A program made the position numbers and the translations under genes. Of a DNA stretch of 64,000 nucleotides, positions 45,940 through 56,337 are shown one piece after another. The notes under the pieces were generated by a model that was not told the DNA's origin, did no database searches, and saw only the letters and a list, made by a program, of their open reading frames with translations. The DNA is taken from assembly GCA_965222075.1 (NCBI GenBank), contig OZ244937.1, positions 4,672,001 through 4,736,000 of the forward strand, written 5' to 3'. Each line of letters begins with the position of its first letter. Position 1 is the stretch's first letter. Source of the DNA: Candidatus Latescibacterota bacterium. GTDB taxonomy: Bacteria; Latescibacterota; UBA2968; GCA-2709665.

Positions 45940-46353
45940 TTATAGCGTTACCCCGTTCCACTCCTCCTTACTGCAGGTAATATCAACCACATTCCCATCC
46001 GGGTCCAGCACCTTGAACGACATGGGCGGCTGCACAGACGGATCGATCGGATTGCGCTCTTTCACATTCTCCTTGGAAAACACGGCTCCCCACTCGTGCA
46101 GCCGCTTCCAGGTCTCCCCCAAATCGTCCACAATAACCCCGAAGTGAATGTACTCATTCCCCTCTTCCAGCTCAGGCCGCTCCATATCCTCGGGCTGTTG
46201 AATCAGCGTAATATTGCTCACCCCATCGCTCAAATCCAGCGCGTTCCCCTTCGGTCGGTACCCGATGAAGCGCCATCCGATCACCTCCTCGTAAAACTTC
46301 CGCGACCGCTCCATATCCCGGCATCGCAGGGCAAGGTGCCGTAACAGGCCCAT
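45940..46353 (-). CDS. VOC family protein
   Basis: LRHLALRCRDMERSRKFY, HFGVIVDD, DPDGNVVDI. Confidence 0.85.
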   Translation of the reverse strand: MGLLRHLALRCRDMERSRKFYEEVIGWRFIGYRPKGNALDLSDGVSNITLIQQPEDMERPELEEGNEYIHFGVIVDDLGETWKRLHEWGAVFSKENVKERNPIDPSVQPPMSFKVLDPDGNVVDITCSKEEWNGVTL

Positions 46354-46404
46354 CGCGCCTCCTTTCTACACTCTCACCGAGCGTGTTGATTCTGTATACA
46401 GGGG

Positions 46405-47391
46405 TCAGGTCAAAATCCCCGCCGCCCGCAGCACCGTCTCCTGTACCGCCAGTTCGTGGTCCAGCGGCCGGTCCGGCTGTTTCTCCCCCCGGATATCGGC
46501 CACCAATGCCCTCAGGCTCCCCACGTACCGGGGTTCCACTTTTACAGGTACGGTCTGCCACCCCTTTTTGTATCCATCCCGGTCCTCATCCAGGCAGAGC
46601 CGCAGAACCACCGGATCGGGCTCGAACGGCTCCAAAATTGCGCTGCCCCGCGTCCCGTAGACCTCAAACCGCCGCGACGGAAAGGCCAGTACCTCTAAGG
46701 ATGCAGACTCCAGCACCGCCATCCTTTTCGGGTATTCAAACACCGTGGCCGTATTGTCTCGAAACGCCGGTGCCGGCCCCAGATCGTTTCGCAGAAACGA
46801 CGTCACCCGGTCGGGCCTTCCCAGAAGCGCCACCACAATATCCATCAAATGGCAGAGCAGCTCAAACAGAATACCCCCCTGGTGCACGGCCAACCGGGAT
46901 CGTGTCTCCTGGTCCACGCAGGTCGACATCCGTCCCCGCACCGAAAAGATCTCCCCGAGCCTCCCCGAATTCGCCCAGTCTAAAATAAACTGGAATCCCG
47001 CGTTGTAACGGAACATATACCCCAGCTGCACCAGCAGTCCCTTTGCCCTTGCCATTTCGACCAGCGCCTGGAACCCGGCCCAGTCGTCCCCCGCCGGTTT
47101 ATCCAGCCAGACATGTTTGCCCCGTTCAAGCGCCTCCCGGGCAAACCCCAGGTTCTGAGCCACCGCCCCTTCCACTGCAATCGCCGCTATCGATGCATCG
47201 TCCAGCATTTCCTCCTTCGATCCGAACCAGTGAACCCCGGCGTAGGCCTCACCGGCCCCCCGCGTTCTGCGCACTTCCGGGTCCGGCTCGTATACCCCGC
47301 AGAATTCCACATCCGGATTCGCCTTCAATACCGCCGCCTTCCCCGAAGCATGTGAATGCAAAACGCCGTACTGAGCAAATTTGATCCGCAT
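46405..47391 (-). CDS. Gfo/Idh/MocA oxidoreductase
   Basis: GKHVWLDKPA, QLGYMFRYN, GGILFELLCHLMD. Confidence 0.88.
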   Translation of the reverse strand: MRIKFAQYGVLHSHASGKAAVLKANPDVEFCGVYEPDPEVRRTRGAGEAYAGVHWFGSKEEMLDDASIAAIAVEGAVAQNLGFAREALERGKHVWLDKPAGDDWAGFQALVEMARAKGLLVQLGYMFRYNAGFQFILDWANSGRLGEIFSVRGRMSTCVDQETRSRLAVHQGGILFELLCHLMDIVVALLGRPDRVTSFLRNDLGPAPAFRDNTATVFEYPKRMAVLESASLEVLAFPSRRFEVYGTRGSAILEPFEPDPVVLRLCLDEDRDGYKKGWQTVPVKVEPRYVGSLRALVADIRGEKQPDRPLDHELAVQETVLRAAGILT

Positions 47392-47509
47392 CACCATCCT
47401 CCTTTGTGCCAAACCATCGGAACAGGCGGTTGCCTCCGGCCCCTGACGCTAAAACGGCGTCCGGACTCCCAGGTCCGCCGCAGCCTCCTCCCTCAGCTGC
47501 CTCCGGGCC

Positions 47510-48196
47510 TTACATAATCCCAAACCGATCAAACGCCTGCCGGGCCGGCATCCCCTCTTCAATCGCCTTCCGGACCAGGTTCTCCCCCCGCACCTTTTCG
47601 ATCGCCCGATGGATCAGTTCTGCTTCATGGTCCCCTGGGACCACCACCACGCCGTCCATATCCCCAAAAACGAGGTCCCCCGGACAGATCCGTACCCCGT
47701 TTGCGAACTCGATCGGACAGCGGTAGTCGATCACCCGCCCCCGGACGCCCTGGTCCTGCGCATAGCGCCCGGCAGAAAAGATCGGGAAATTCAACCTCAG
47801 AATCCCCCGCGTGTCCCGGCTGAACCCATCCAGCACAGCGCCCGCTGCCCCCAGCTTCATCGCCCTGATGCTCATCAACTCTCCCCACAGCGCATATCGG
47901 GGCGACGCCCCCGTGCAGATATACACCTCGCCCGGCTTCAGATCGTCCAGCGCTTCAAACATCACCCCGAACGGCTTCTCCTCGTCCAGGTGGCCCACCT
48001 TCTGTCCGGCGCAGTCCGCCTCCAGAACCGGCATCGCCCGGCCCACAACGACCATATCGTCCCGCAGTGGCTGGACCTCCGGCGGCAGAAACTGGTGGGT
48101 CAAGCCCACCTTATCCATCGCATCCCCCACCACCGCAGTAAACAGCTCCCGCTTCATCAGACCGAAAAGCTCTGCATCCTCATTCCAGGTTGGCAT
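47510..48196 (-). CDS. RraA / HMG-aldolase family protein
   Basis: AVVGDAMD, ALWGELMS, DGFSRD, PGDLVFGDMDGVVVVP. Start ATG 48196. Confidence 0.88.
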   Translation of the reverse strand: MPTWNEDAELFGLMKRELFTAVVGDAMDKVGLTHQFLPPEVQPLRDDMVVVGRAMPVLEADCAGQKVGHLDEEKPFGVMFEALDDLKPGEVYICTGASPRYALWGELMSIRAMKLGAAGAVLDGFSRDTRGILRLNFPIFSAGRYAQDQGVRGRVIDYRCPIEFANGVRICPGDLVFGDMDGVVVVPGDHEAELIHRAIEKVRGENLVRKAIEEGMPARQAFDRFGIM

Positions 48197-48218
48197 CTCC
48201 GCTCCCCCCCAAACCGTT

Positions 48219-51185
48219 CTATGAAAACCGCTCGAACCAGGTCTGCGCGACCCGGAACATCTGCCCCGGCTCAAAGTCGTAAGCAAACCCTTTCGAATAG
48301 TCCAGATCGTCGATCATTCCCCGGACGAAATCCACATCCCCCACGTCGATCAACGTCCTGTCTCCTTCGCGGGTCACCTGTGCGACCCGGTAGCAGGCAT
48401 CCCGCTCGTTGTCGTTTTCGATCGAGAGGTAAGACCCGATCAGTGAGCCTTCGGCTGGAGGTTCGGCCGCCGTCCAGATCTTGCCCGGCGCTCGCTCCAA
48501 CACGGTCCCCGTCCAGACTCCGGAAGCCCGCCGGATTGCCCGGTCCTTTGTGCCCAGCACCCTGCCGCCTGTCAGCATTGCCCACTGCGCCGTGCCGTCG
48601 ATCTCGGAGTGGACACCGAAGATCCCGTCGAAGTCGAGTCGTCCGTCCACCCGCACCTGAGTCCGCCCATCTCCAAAGACCACGGTGTCCGACCGCCCCT
48701 CCGGCAGGTGGACCCGGATCGCCCGGAACCCGATTCCTTCGCCTCCCAACACGGGAACTTCCTCCACACGCTCGACCAGCCGGCTCCCCCTGTAGGCCTC
48801 GATCAGACTCAGAAAGCCGGACACGATAGACCCCTCCCCCTCCTGCGCAGCCACCCCATAGGTCAGCCGCCTCGGATTGCCCACCTTGTTCTGCGGCGGG
48901 TCCCCGTGACACAGGGCCACCTCCCCAGGCGCATCGAACAGGCTCCAGCGCACGTGCACATCCGTCACCATGGGCTTTTCCGCTTGCTGAAAAACCTGCC
49001 AGGTATCCCTGACCGTCCAGTCCACCGAAATTACCTCGTCCGGCTTCTGGCACCGCCGCACATCGTAGAGATACTGGAAGCCGCTGCCCGTATAGTTTTC
49101 CACCTCGCCGTCGTAAAACTCCCCAAAGGCCACCCTTTCACCTGCATAAGTACCCTGTTTTTGCGGTAGCAGGTCCAGCCCCCCGGTCTCCACCTCCCCC
49201 TCTGCGGCGTGGAAAAGGTAGTGGTGCGCTCCACCGCCCGAAACGCGAAAGAGATCGACCGCGTAAAAATCGTCCTCCGAGATACGCACCATCGCGCTGG
49301 TTCGACCGTAAACAGAACACTGGGGGTAGACATCCGGCGACGACACTCCGATGGCCTGCACCTCTTCCGAGAGCCCGATAAAACCGACCTTTCCCGAATA
49401 GGTCCCCCTCTGCCGGCTGCGGTCTACCATCACCGTATTGTGCGACACCGTATGGTTGGTCCACCCTGCCCGCTTCGGCCAGATCCGCGCATGTTCGGGG
49501 TATCCCAGGTCGGGCAGCAGGTCCATCCCGAACCCGTAAAGCCCCAGGTTCAGCCGGTCGGCGTGGCCGTGGCCGGTGTTCCGGCCGTAGTAGACCCAAA
49601 GCGTGCGTTCTCTCTCGCCCTCCCCATCTCTGAACAGCGCCAGGCCGTAGCCCGTCATCACATCCGTATCCAGCCGGAGGGGGCCGTGCATATCCACGAT
49701 TTGGGCCACCCGTTTCCGGATCGCCTCCGGGTCGGCGTCCGTGACCTGTCCCCGGATCCTGGACAGGTCGCCTTCTACCAGGTCGTGCGCGGCCTGTGCG
49801 AAGATCGGATCTCCGAACAGCTCCAACCCCTCCAGGCACTGCTCAACGGTCAGCCCGCCCAGGCCAGGCCCCCCCGTATTCCCCGTATCCCCGATCGAGG
49901 GCACGAAACGGCCCAAGGCAGTCAGCCGGATTGGCGCCAGAAACATCTGCCGGTAGCGGGTGTAGTCTCGAATGCGGTGACGGGTGTAGGAGGGCCGCGC
50001 GTCCAGAGTCTGGACCAGCGCCTTCATCCCTAAGGGCCACCGCAGCCACCCCAGGCTGTAGCCGGGCGCGCCTTCCGATCCCACCCCGTCCCGGTCGATC
50101 TCCCCGGCGAAAAGCTGCGGGATGTGCCCCCCGTCCGGCTTCTGACCCCTCAGCACTCCCTCCCGAAACACCCAGTCGAGCCAATCCTCCGTATCCTCGG
50201 CATCCAGGGCAATAGCCAGCATCGCCATTGTCGACTGGTCGCCCGGCTCGTTGTGATGGATGTCTCCGGCCACAATCGCTTTGATCCCTTCCCTTATCAC
50301 ATGCGTTTCAAAGTGTCGGCAGAGCGCCGCAACGCTGTCCTGCTCCGGCAGCCCGTGCGCCTTCTGCTTCGCGTCCAGAAAGGCGAACAACGGGTCGTTG
50401 TCCTTCCAGACCGTCCGCACCATATCGTAACACTCCGTAAACGCCTTCAACAGGTTGGGCTCCCATATCCGTCCGAAAATTCGCCCTCTCCCGCTCAACC
50501 CATCCGAGTTGAAAAACCCCTGCTTTGCCCAGAACGACCAGTCCATATCCGGATATACATCCGCAATCCGCGCAAGCAGCAGCCCCGCCTTGTGGGCGTA
50601 TGCCGCATCTCCGGTGAGCAAGAACGCCTCCCGCAGCCCCGCGCACGCCGAACTGATCTCGGACCAGATCCCGTAGTGCGCATAGACGCCCACCAGTTTG
50701 AACGACGCGCCCGTCTCGTCCGTCCACCCCATCCCGTCGTCCACTCCAAACCGGTGCAGCGGGTCGTCCGGGTGCGGGTGCCCGGTATTGAACAGCAGCC
50801 TCCGGTCCGCACGATCCGGATCAAAAGCCCCGTCCGGTCCGACGCCACTTCTGTAAAACGCCTCGAAATCGTTCGTCGGGAACCGCCCGCCGCAGGTTGG
50901 GCACCGGATCTTCCACGGGTCTGCCAGCACGTCCACCTCAAACCGCCCCATCCCATCTCTGCACACCGGACAGCCCACCTCAACATTCGCATTCGTACTC
51001 CGGCCGATCATCTGTCCGGTCACCAGCCCCCAGAGCGCCTCGTCGTCCATCTCCACCCAGCGTCTTGCCCGTTCTACCGCCCGGTCCAGCTGGGCCTCCG
51101 CCCAGTCGAACCGCTCGACGTTCCGCCGGGCATTCCGGATCTGCTCCGCTGTCACAAAATGTCCCCCGCCCGCGTCTGTAGCCAT
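48219..51185 (-). CDS. Heparinase II/III-like protein with N-terminal CxxC..CxxC
   Basis: GHGHADRLNLGL, PDLGYP, SHNTVMVD. Start ATG 51185 with GGAGG. Confidence 0.78.
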   Translation of the reverse strand: MATDAGGGHFVTAEQIRNARRNVERFDWAEAQLDRAVERARRWVEMDDEALWGLVTGQMIGRSTNANVEVGCPVCRDGMGRFEVDVLADPWKIRCPTCGGRFPTNDFEAFYRSGVGPDGAFDPDRADRRLLFNTGHPHPDDPLHRFGVDDGMGWTDETGASFKLVGVYAHYGIWSEISSACAGLREAFLLTGDAAYAHKAGLLLARIADVYPDMDWSFWAKQGFFNSDGLSGRGRIFGRIWEPNLLKAFTECYDMVRTVWKDNDPLFAFLDAKQKAHGLPEQDSVAALCRHFETHVIREGIKAIVAGDIHHNEPGDQSTMAMLAIALDAEDTEDWLDWVFREGVLRGQKPDGGHIPQLFAGEIDRDGVGSEGAPGYSLGWLRWPLGMKALVQTLDARPSYTRHRIRDYTRYRQMFLAPIRLTALGRFVPSIGDTGNTGGPGLGGLTVEQCLEGLELFGDPIFAQAAHDLVEGDLSRIRGQVTDADPEAIRKRVAQIVDMHGPLRLDTDVMTGYGLALFRDGEGERERTLWVYYGRNTGHGHADRLNLGLYGFGMDLLPDLGYPEHARIWPKRAGWTNHTVSHNTVMVDRSRQRGTYSGKVGFIGLSEEVQAIGVSSPDVYPQCSVYGRTSAMVRISEDDFYAVDLFRVSGGGAHHYLFHAAEGEVETGGLDLLPQKQGTYAGERVAFGEFYDGEVENYTGSGFQYLYDVRRCQKPDEVISVDWTVRDTWQVFQQAEKPMVTDVHVRWSLFDAPGEVALCHGDPPQNKVGNPRRLTYGVAAQEGEGSIVSGFLSLIEAYRGSRLVERVEEVPVLGGEGIGFRAIRVHLPEGRSDTVVFGDGRTQVRVDGRLDFDGIFGVHSEIDGTAQWAMLTGGRVLGTKDRAIRRASGVWTGTVLERAPGKIWTAAEPPAEGSLIGSYLSIENDNERDACYRVAQVTREGDRTLIDVGDVDFVRGMIDDLDYSKGFAYDFEPGQMFRVAQTWFERFS

Positions 51186-51442
51186 TGCCGATCCTCCGTT
51201 TTTGTACCGCTCAACGCTCAACTCACGACGCTTGACCCTGACTCCTGACGCACACAAGATACATCCCCCCAGCGCGGGGATCAATCCATTTCACACCCCC
51301 CGGTTGCGCTCTTTCACCCCCCCGGAGGCATTCCCCCCTTGCGTTTCCAGGCCCGGTGAATTATCTTGCCGTCGCAACAGGGGATATTGTATCTCCTCTG
51401 TGAAAGAGACAGAATGCATTTACGTCAAGAGAGGGAAACCGT

Positions 51443-52840
51443 ATGGCCTACAAAAGCCGATTTACATTCCGCACCCACGGGGGCGTATGCGCGGGCGAAC
51501 AGTGGATTTACGACCACGACGAACCCATCGCCCGTCTGGAAAATAAAACCATCGAACAGCCCGAGCAGAATCTGCGCTATTTCGACAGCAATCCCAAACC
51601 GGTCAACCTGCAGGATCTGAAGCTGGCACCGGGAGGCCGCCCCCTCGTCTGTGGCGTCCAGCTCTACTGGGTCTTCCAGCACCGGGTGCTGGCCACCACC
51701 AAACTGGTTGACGTGCGGGTCCACGGCCAGGAAACCGACTGCCTGATCCTCACCGTCATTACCCAGGACCCGGGCGGCGTGGCAACCTCACACCGTGTCC
51801 TCACCCTGACCTACGACACGAACCTGGCATCCTATATCTATGACTTCAAAGCCCACCTGGACATCCACAGTCCCGAAGTACTGGATCGGGATGAAACCGC
51901 CTCTTTGGAATACTGCGATCCCTGGTACAACGACATTCCCGGCCCCACGGTCGAATTCCCCGGCATGTGGGAGAAGAAATACACCCACCTCCTGGCCGAA
52001 AAATCCGACGGAAAAATCTGGCAGATGCCGCTCAATCACATGGCCACGGGCATCCCCAGTCCCCGGTCCTTTAAAAGGGGCGGCCTGTTTGTGCTGGCCT
52101 ACGATCCGGGCAACAACCCCGCCTTTGAATTCGTGGGCGAAACCGCAGACCGCACCTCCGTGGGCGTCTGCAACTGGGGCTACGACATCCACCTTCGGGG
52201 GCACTACACCCGCGACGAACTCTACGCCCCCCTCTGTCCCCACTTCCGCATCCGCCTCTGCCCGGACGAAAAGGTCAAACAGATGCGGGAAGCGGCGGAA
52301 CCCGTTCCACCGGTCACCTACAACGGCTTCGAGGAACTCCCCCTCTACGAGCGCTCCACCAGCTTTGCCAATGGCCTCCGCCTCAACGAGCCCACGCCCG
52401 ACAACACCGACCCCTGGCCCTGGCTGCCCGAAGGCGAAGGTGCGGAATGGTGTAAAGAGGGTGGCCGCTTGGACAATTTCTCCCTCAAAATCTCCAAGAC
52501 AACGCCCGGCCCCACCGAGTGGATCATGGACCGCGAGAGCGAGGGCGCCTGGACGCAGCGGTGGACCTCTTCCACCGGCTTCCGGATCACCGCCTACATC
52601 AAAACAGACCGGGTGGAAGGCCGGGGCGCCTGTCTGGCCGTGCGCTGGGGCGTGTACAACTATGCCGAGCGTTACCCCTACATCTGTTCACAAAAACTGA
52701 CAGGCACCAACGACTGGGCCAGGGTCAGCGTCGAAATCCACGGCCCGCCCCCGCCCGACATCAGCGCAGTCCACATTATCTGCAGGCAGGACGGCAGCGG
52801 CACCACCTGGTTTGACGACCTTGAAGTGGAGGTCTTATAG
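51443..52840 (+). CDS. Hypothetical protein with C-terminal CBM-like jelly-roll
   Basis: 465 aa; AYIKTDRVEG, LTGTNDWARV, GSGTTWFDDLEV. Confidence 0.6.
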   Translation: MAYKSRFTFRTHGGVCAGEQWIYDHDEPIARLENKTIEQPEQNLRYFDSNPKPVNLQDLKLAPGGRPLVCGVQLYWVFQHRVLATTKLVDVRVHGQETDCLILTVITQDPGGVATSHRVLTLTYDTNLASYIYDFKAHLDIHSPEVLDRDETASLEYCDPWYNDIPGPTVEFPGMWEKKYTHLLAEKSDGKIWQMPLNHMATGIPSPRSFKRGGLFVLAYDPGNNPAFEFVGETADRTSVGVCNWGYDIHLRGHYTRDELYAPLCPHFRIRLCPDEKVKQMREAAEPVPPVTYNGFEELPLYERSTSFANGLRLNEPTPDNTDPWPWLPEGEGAEWCKEGGRLDNFSLKISKTTPGPTEWIMDRESEGAWTQRWTSSTGFRITAYIKTDRVEGRGACLAVRWGVYNYAERYPYICSQKLTGTNDWARVSVEIHGPPPPDISAVHIICRQDGSGTTWFDDLEVEVL

Positions 52841-52868
52841 TCTTAGAACCTCGAAAATGGAGAACCGG

Positions 52869-53771
52869 ATGAGAGAAACCGTGGGATTTATCGGGCTTGG
52901 CGCCATGGGCAAAGGGATGGCGCTCAACGTCCTCAAAGGCGGGTACCCGCTCCGGGTTTACGATATACGCCAACAACCGGTGGATGAGCTCGTCGCAAAC
53001 GGCGCGCAGGCCGCTGAGAGTATACGGGACCTTGGCGGCCGGTGTACCTGGATTGTGCTTGTCCTCCCGGACACATCGGTTGTGGAATCCGTCCTGTTCG
53101 GCCCGGACGGGCTCAAACCGGCGCTTGGCTCAGGGCACATCGTGATCGATTGCGGAACAACCCACCCTGTTTCCACACGACAGACGGCGTCGGTGTTCCG
53201 TAAAGGTGGGATCGACTTTCTGGACGCTCCGGTCTCGGGGATGAACCCCCGCGCAGAGGCCGGCACGCTGACCATGATGGTGGGAGGAGAGGAGGATGTC
53301 TACAAGAAAGTCCACCCCCTCCTGGAAACGATGGGAGAACGCATCGTCTATATGGGACAGTCCGGCAACGGCCAACTGACAAAAATGACCAATAATATTC
53401 TCCTGAACATATCCTGCGCCGCCATGGCCGAAATACTCCCTACCGCAGTCAAAATGGGGCTCGACCCGGAAAAAATCTGTTCCGTAATCAGCGCGGGAAC
53501 CGGACAGAGTCACGGCTTCGACTTCTTCTCCCGCCTGGTGCTCCGGAGAAACTTCGAGCGTGGATATCCGATGCAAAAAGCCTACAAAGATATGGAGGCC
53601 ATCGCGGAAATCGCCGCCCGGCACCAGATCCCCCTGCCGGTAACGTCCGCCGCTTTGCAAACCTACAGGATGGCCCTGGACCAGGGGCTTGGCAACGAAA
53701 ACAAAGGCGCGATGATCAAAGTCTGGGAAACCGCGATGGGCGTCGAAGTCAGAGGCACCGATAAAGCGTAA
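52869..53771 (+). CDS. Beta-hydroxyacid dehydrogenase (GarR/MmsB family)
   Basis: GFIGLGAMG, FLDAPVSG, GTLTMMVGG, GQLTKMTNN. Confidence 0.9.
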   Translation: MRETVGFIGLGAMGKGMALNVLKGGYPLRVYDIRQQPVDELVANGAQAAESIRDLGGRCTWIVLVLPDTSVVESVLFGPDGLKPALGSGHIVIDCGTTHPVSTRQTASVFRKGGIDFLDAPVSGMNPRAEAGTLTMMVGGEEDVYKKVHPLLETMGERIVYMGQSGNGQLTKMTNNILLNISCAAMAEILPTAVKMGLDPEKICSVISAGTGQSHGFDFFSRLVLRRNFERGYPMQKAYKDMEAIAEIAARHQIPLPVTSAALQTYRMALDQGLGNENKGAMIKVWETAMGVEVRGTDKA

Positions 53772-53893
53772 GTGGCACATCTATCCCATACCCCGGGAGA
53801 AAAACACCATGCAGATATTCGAAACCTGCGACTCCCTCCTCGAATGCGTCAAACAGACCGCAACACAGGACAAAACTGAAGAGCGATGTTTCG

Positions 53894-55150
53894 ATGAAGA
53901 CAGAAACTGACGTCCTGGTCATCGGAGGGGGCGCAATCGGCGTCTGCTCGGCCCACTACCTCAGCGAGCAGGGGCGAACCGTCGCCATTGTTGAAAAAGG
54001 GGACATCGGTTCGGGAAGTTCGTACGGCAACGCCGGCCTGATCGTTCCCAGCCACAGCACCCCGCTGGCGGAGCCCGGGATGATATTTAAGGGAATCAAG
54101 TGGATGTTCAACTCCGAAAGCCCGTTTTACATCAAACCCCGCTTCAACTGCGACCTCATCTCCTGGCTCTGGAAATTTTGGCGTGCCTGCAGCAAGCGGC
54201 AGATGAACAGGTCCATACCGGTCATCCGGGACCTCAGCCTGGCCAGCCTGCGGTTGTTCGACGAACTCGCCGCGATCGAAGGCCTCGAATTCGGGTACGA
54301 AACAAGGGGCATGCTGGCCGCGTTCAATACCGAAAAGGGGCTTGAGGGCGGCGTCGAAGAGGCCCGCCTGATGCAGAAAAACGGCCTTGAGGTCAGAATC
54401 CTGAACGCCGATGAAATCCAGGAACTGGAACCGGGAATCCGAACCACTGCCATCGGCGGTGTGTACTATCCGCAAGATGCACACCTGATTCCCCATCGAT
54501 ATGTACGTGAACTTGCCCGGCACATTGAGCATAAGGGGGGGGGAATTCATACCTCCACAGAGGTGCTCGGTTTTGAAACCTCAGGCCGAAAAATTACAAC
54601 CGTCAAAACGACCCGGGGCGATTTCTCAGCCGAAGAAATCGTCCTGGCCGGCGGTTCGTGGTCGTCCGGAATCGCCCGGGACCTCAAGATCAAGCTGCCC
54701 ATCCAGCCCGCCAAAGGCTACAGCGTCACATTCAAGCGGCCGCCGGGCTGTCCACGTATCCCCTTTGTGCTTGCCGAGGCCAAAGTCGCCCTCACCCCTC
54801 TGGGCGATACCCTGCGCTTCGCCGGCACCCTCGAGCTGGCCGGCCTGGATCTTTCCATTAACATGCGCCGCGTGCAGGCCATCCTCAAGGCCATCCCCGG
54901 GTACCTGCCCGACATTCATCCCGAAAATCTCGAACTCATCGAAATCTGGCGCGGGCTGCGCCCCTGTACCCCGGACGGCCTCCCCTTCCTGGGGCGTCCC
55001 ATTGCCTACGACAACCTCATCCTCGCGGCCGGCCATGCCATGATCGGCATATCCTTATCTCCTATCACGGGCAAGCTGGTATCCCAGTTGGCGGCAAACG
55101 AAAAACCGTCGATCGACCTGGCCGCACTCAACATAGAGCGCTTTGATTGA
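53894..55150 (+). CDS. FAD-dependent D-amino acid dehydrogenase (DadA family)
   Basis: IGGGAIG, SSYGNAG, PAKGYS, GLRPCTPDGLP, GHAMIG. Confidence 0.85.
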   Translation: MKTETDVLVIGGGAIGVCSAHYLSEQGRTVAIVEKGDIGSGSSYGNAGLIVPSHSTPLAEPGMIFKGIKWMFNSESPFYIKPRFNCDLISWLWKFWRACSKRQMNRSIPVIRDLSLASLRLFDELAAIEGLEFGYETRGMLAAFNTEKGLEGGVEEARLMQKNGLEVRILNADEIQELEPGIRTTAIGGVYYPQDAHLIPHRYVRELARHIEHKGGGIHTSTEVLGFETSGRKITTVKTTRGDFSAEEIVLAGGSWSSGIARDLKIKLPIQPAKGYSVTFKRPPGCPRIPFVLAEAKVALTPLGDTLRFAGTLELAGLDLSINMRRVQAILKAIPGYLPDIHPENLELIEIWRGLRPCTPDGLPFLGRPIAYDNLILAAGHAMIGISLSPITGKLVSQLAANEKPSIDLAALNIERFD

Positions 55151-55167
55151 ACGCATAAGGGAGGCGG

Positions 55168-56160
55168 ATGATGGGAGAAATAGAAAAACAGGAGGCGGTA
55201 ATAAAAATCGAGCCGCCGCTGACGGAGGATCTGACAGAGGAATTGCTCGATTTCTGGGAGGCGATCTTCGAAGTCCCCTGTGATGGCTATCGAAGCATTC
55301 TCAACGGTTCGGAACGCGACGACAATCACGACATCTTCTACCTGCTTCGAAAAGGCAAGGAACTGGGCGGCACCTCCCATCTGACAATCTCAAAAGCGGA
55401 CCCCCGGCTGGGCGGCCTCGGCGAAGTGGCAACGCCCTCTGAATTTCGTCGACAGGGAATTGCCACCGCACTCTGTGCGCATACGCTTGAGGATTTTCGC
55501 ACGCACAATGGCCAGGCCTTTTTTTTGGGAACGGTAAACCCCGAGGCCGCCCGGGTCTACCACCGGCTTGGCTGGCGGAAACTCGCCGGAGCCAACGTTA
55601 TGGCCTTCATCGCAAATGGAGACTCGCCTGAGGCCTTTCTCGTAGACTATTTCAGAGAGGGCGGCCCTGCCGAAATCGCGCCGTCCGCACCCGCCGATCG
55701 CATACCGATGATCCCTCTGCTGCTCTGCCCTCACGACTGGAAGGTACTGGACGCCAATGTGAGCATGTTTTCAACCCGATACGTGGTACAAAATTCATGC
55801 ATGGGTCTTTATCCCCGGTACGAGGCGCTTGCTCAGGACGGCCGAGGCGCGTGGTTTGCCCTGCATGCGAATCAGGGCCGTGTGGTCGGCCTATCATCGG
55901 CCCGCCTGGACGAATCGGGTCACTGTCAGGTAGACGGGTTTACCCATCAGAGTCACGCGGATTCCTGGGAAGACCTTATGGCCGCAGCCCTGCGCTGGGG
56001 CGCCGACCGGGGCGGGGGCCTGTGCTGTGCAATCGTGTCGGTCGAAGACGAAGACAAACGCGTCCGCTTCGAGTCCCTTGGGCTTCAAGAATCCGGAGCG
56101 GGCGGTGCATTCAACCTGGGCGACAGACAGGTGCCCTCCATCCGCCTGGAAAGGCAGTAG
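55168..56160 (+). CDS. GNAT acetyltransferase (tandem)
   Basis: VATPSEFRRQGIA acetyl-CoA motif; AARVYHRLGW. Confidence 0.8.
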   Translation: MMGEIEKQEAVIKIEPPLTEDLTEELLDFWEAIFEVPCDGYRSILNGSERDDNHDIFYLLRKGKELGGTSHLTISKADPRLGGLGEVATPSEFRRQGIATALCAHTLEDFRTHNGQAFFLGTVNPEAARVYHRLGWRKLAGANVMAFIANGDSPEAFLVDYFREGGPAEIAPSAPADRIPMIPLLLCPHDWKVLDANVSMFSTRYVVQNSCMGLYPRYEALAQDGRGAWFALHANQGRVVGLSSARLDESGHCQVDGFTHQSHADSWEDLMAAALRWGADRGGGLCCAIVSVEDEDKRVRFESLGLQESGAGGAFNLGDRQVPSIRLERQ

Positions 56161-56164
56161 CTTC

Positions 56165-56323
56165 ACGCGCATTCAAGACCTTGATACGTCACACTCGCGA
56201 GGTCGGATTCGACGGCGGCCTGCAGATCGACCACCAGCAGCACTACAACGCCGCCGACGAACATCAGAAAATCGCTATTCGGTCGGATACGTCAAAGCCC
56301 TCATCGCCGCGCTCAAGGCCTGA
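56165..56323 (+). pseudogene. Frameshifted C-terminal fragment of a mannonate dehydratase (UxuA)-like gene
   Basis: REVGFDGGLQIDH...HQKIA in one frame, then YSVGYVKALIAAL* in another. Confidence 0.5.
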
Positions 56324-56337
56324 AGAAGGAGAGACGG

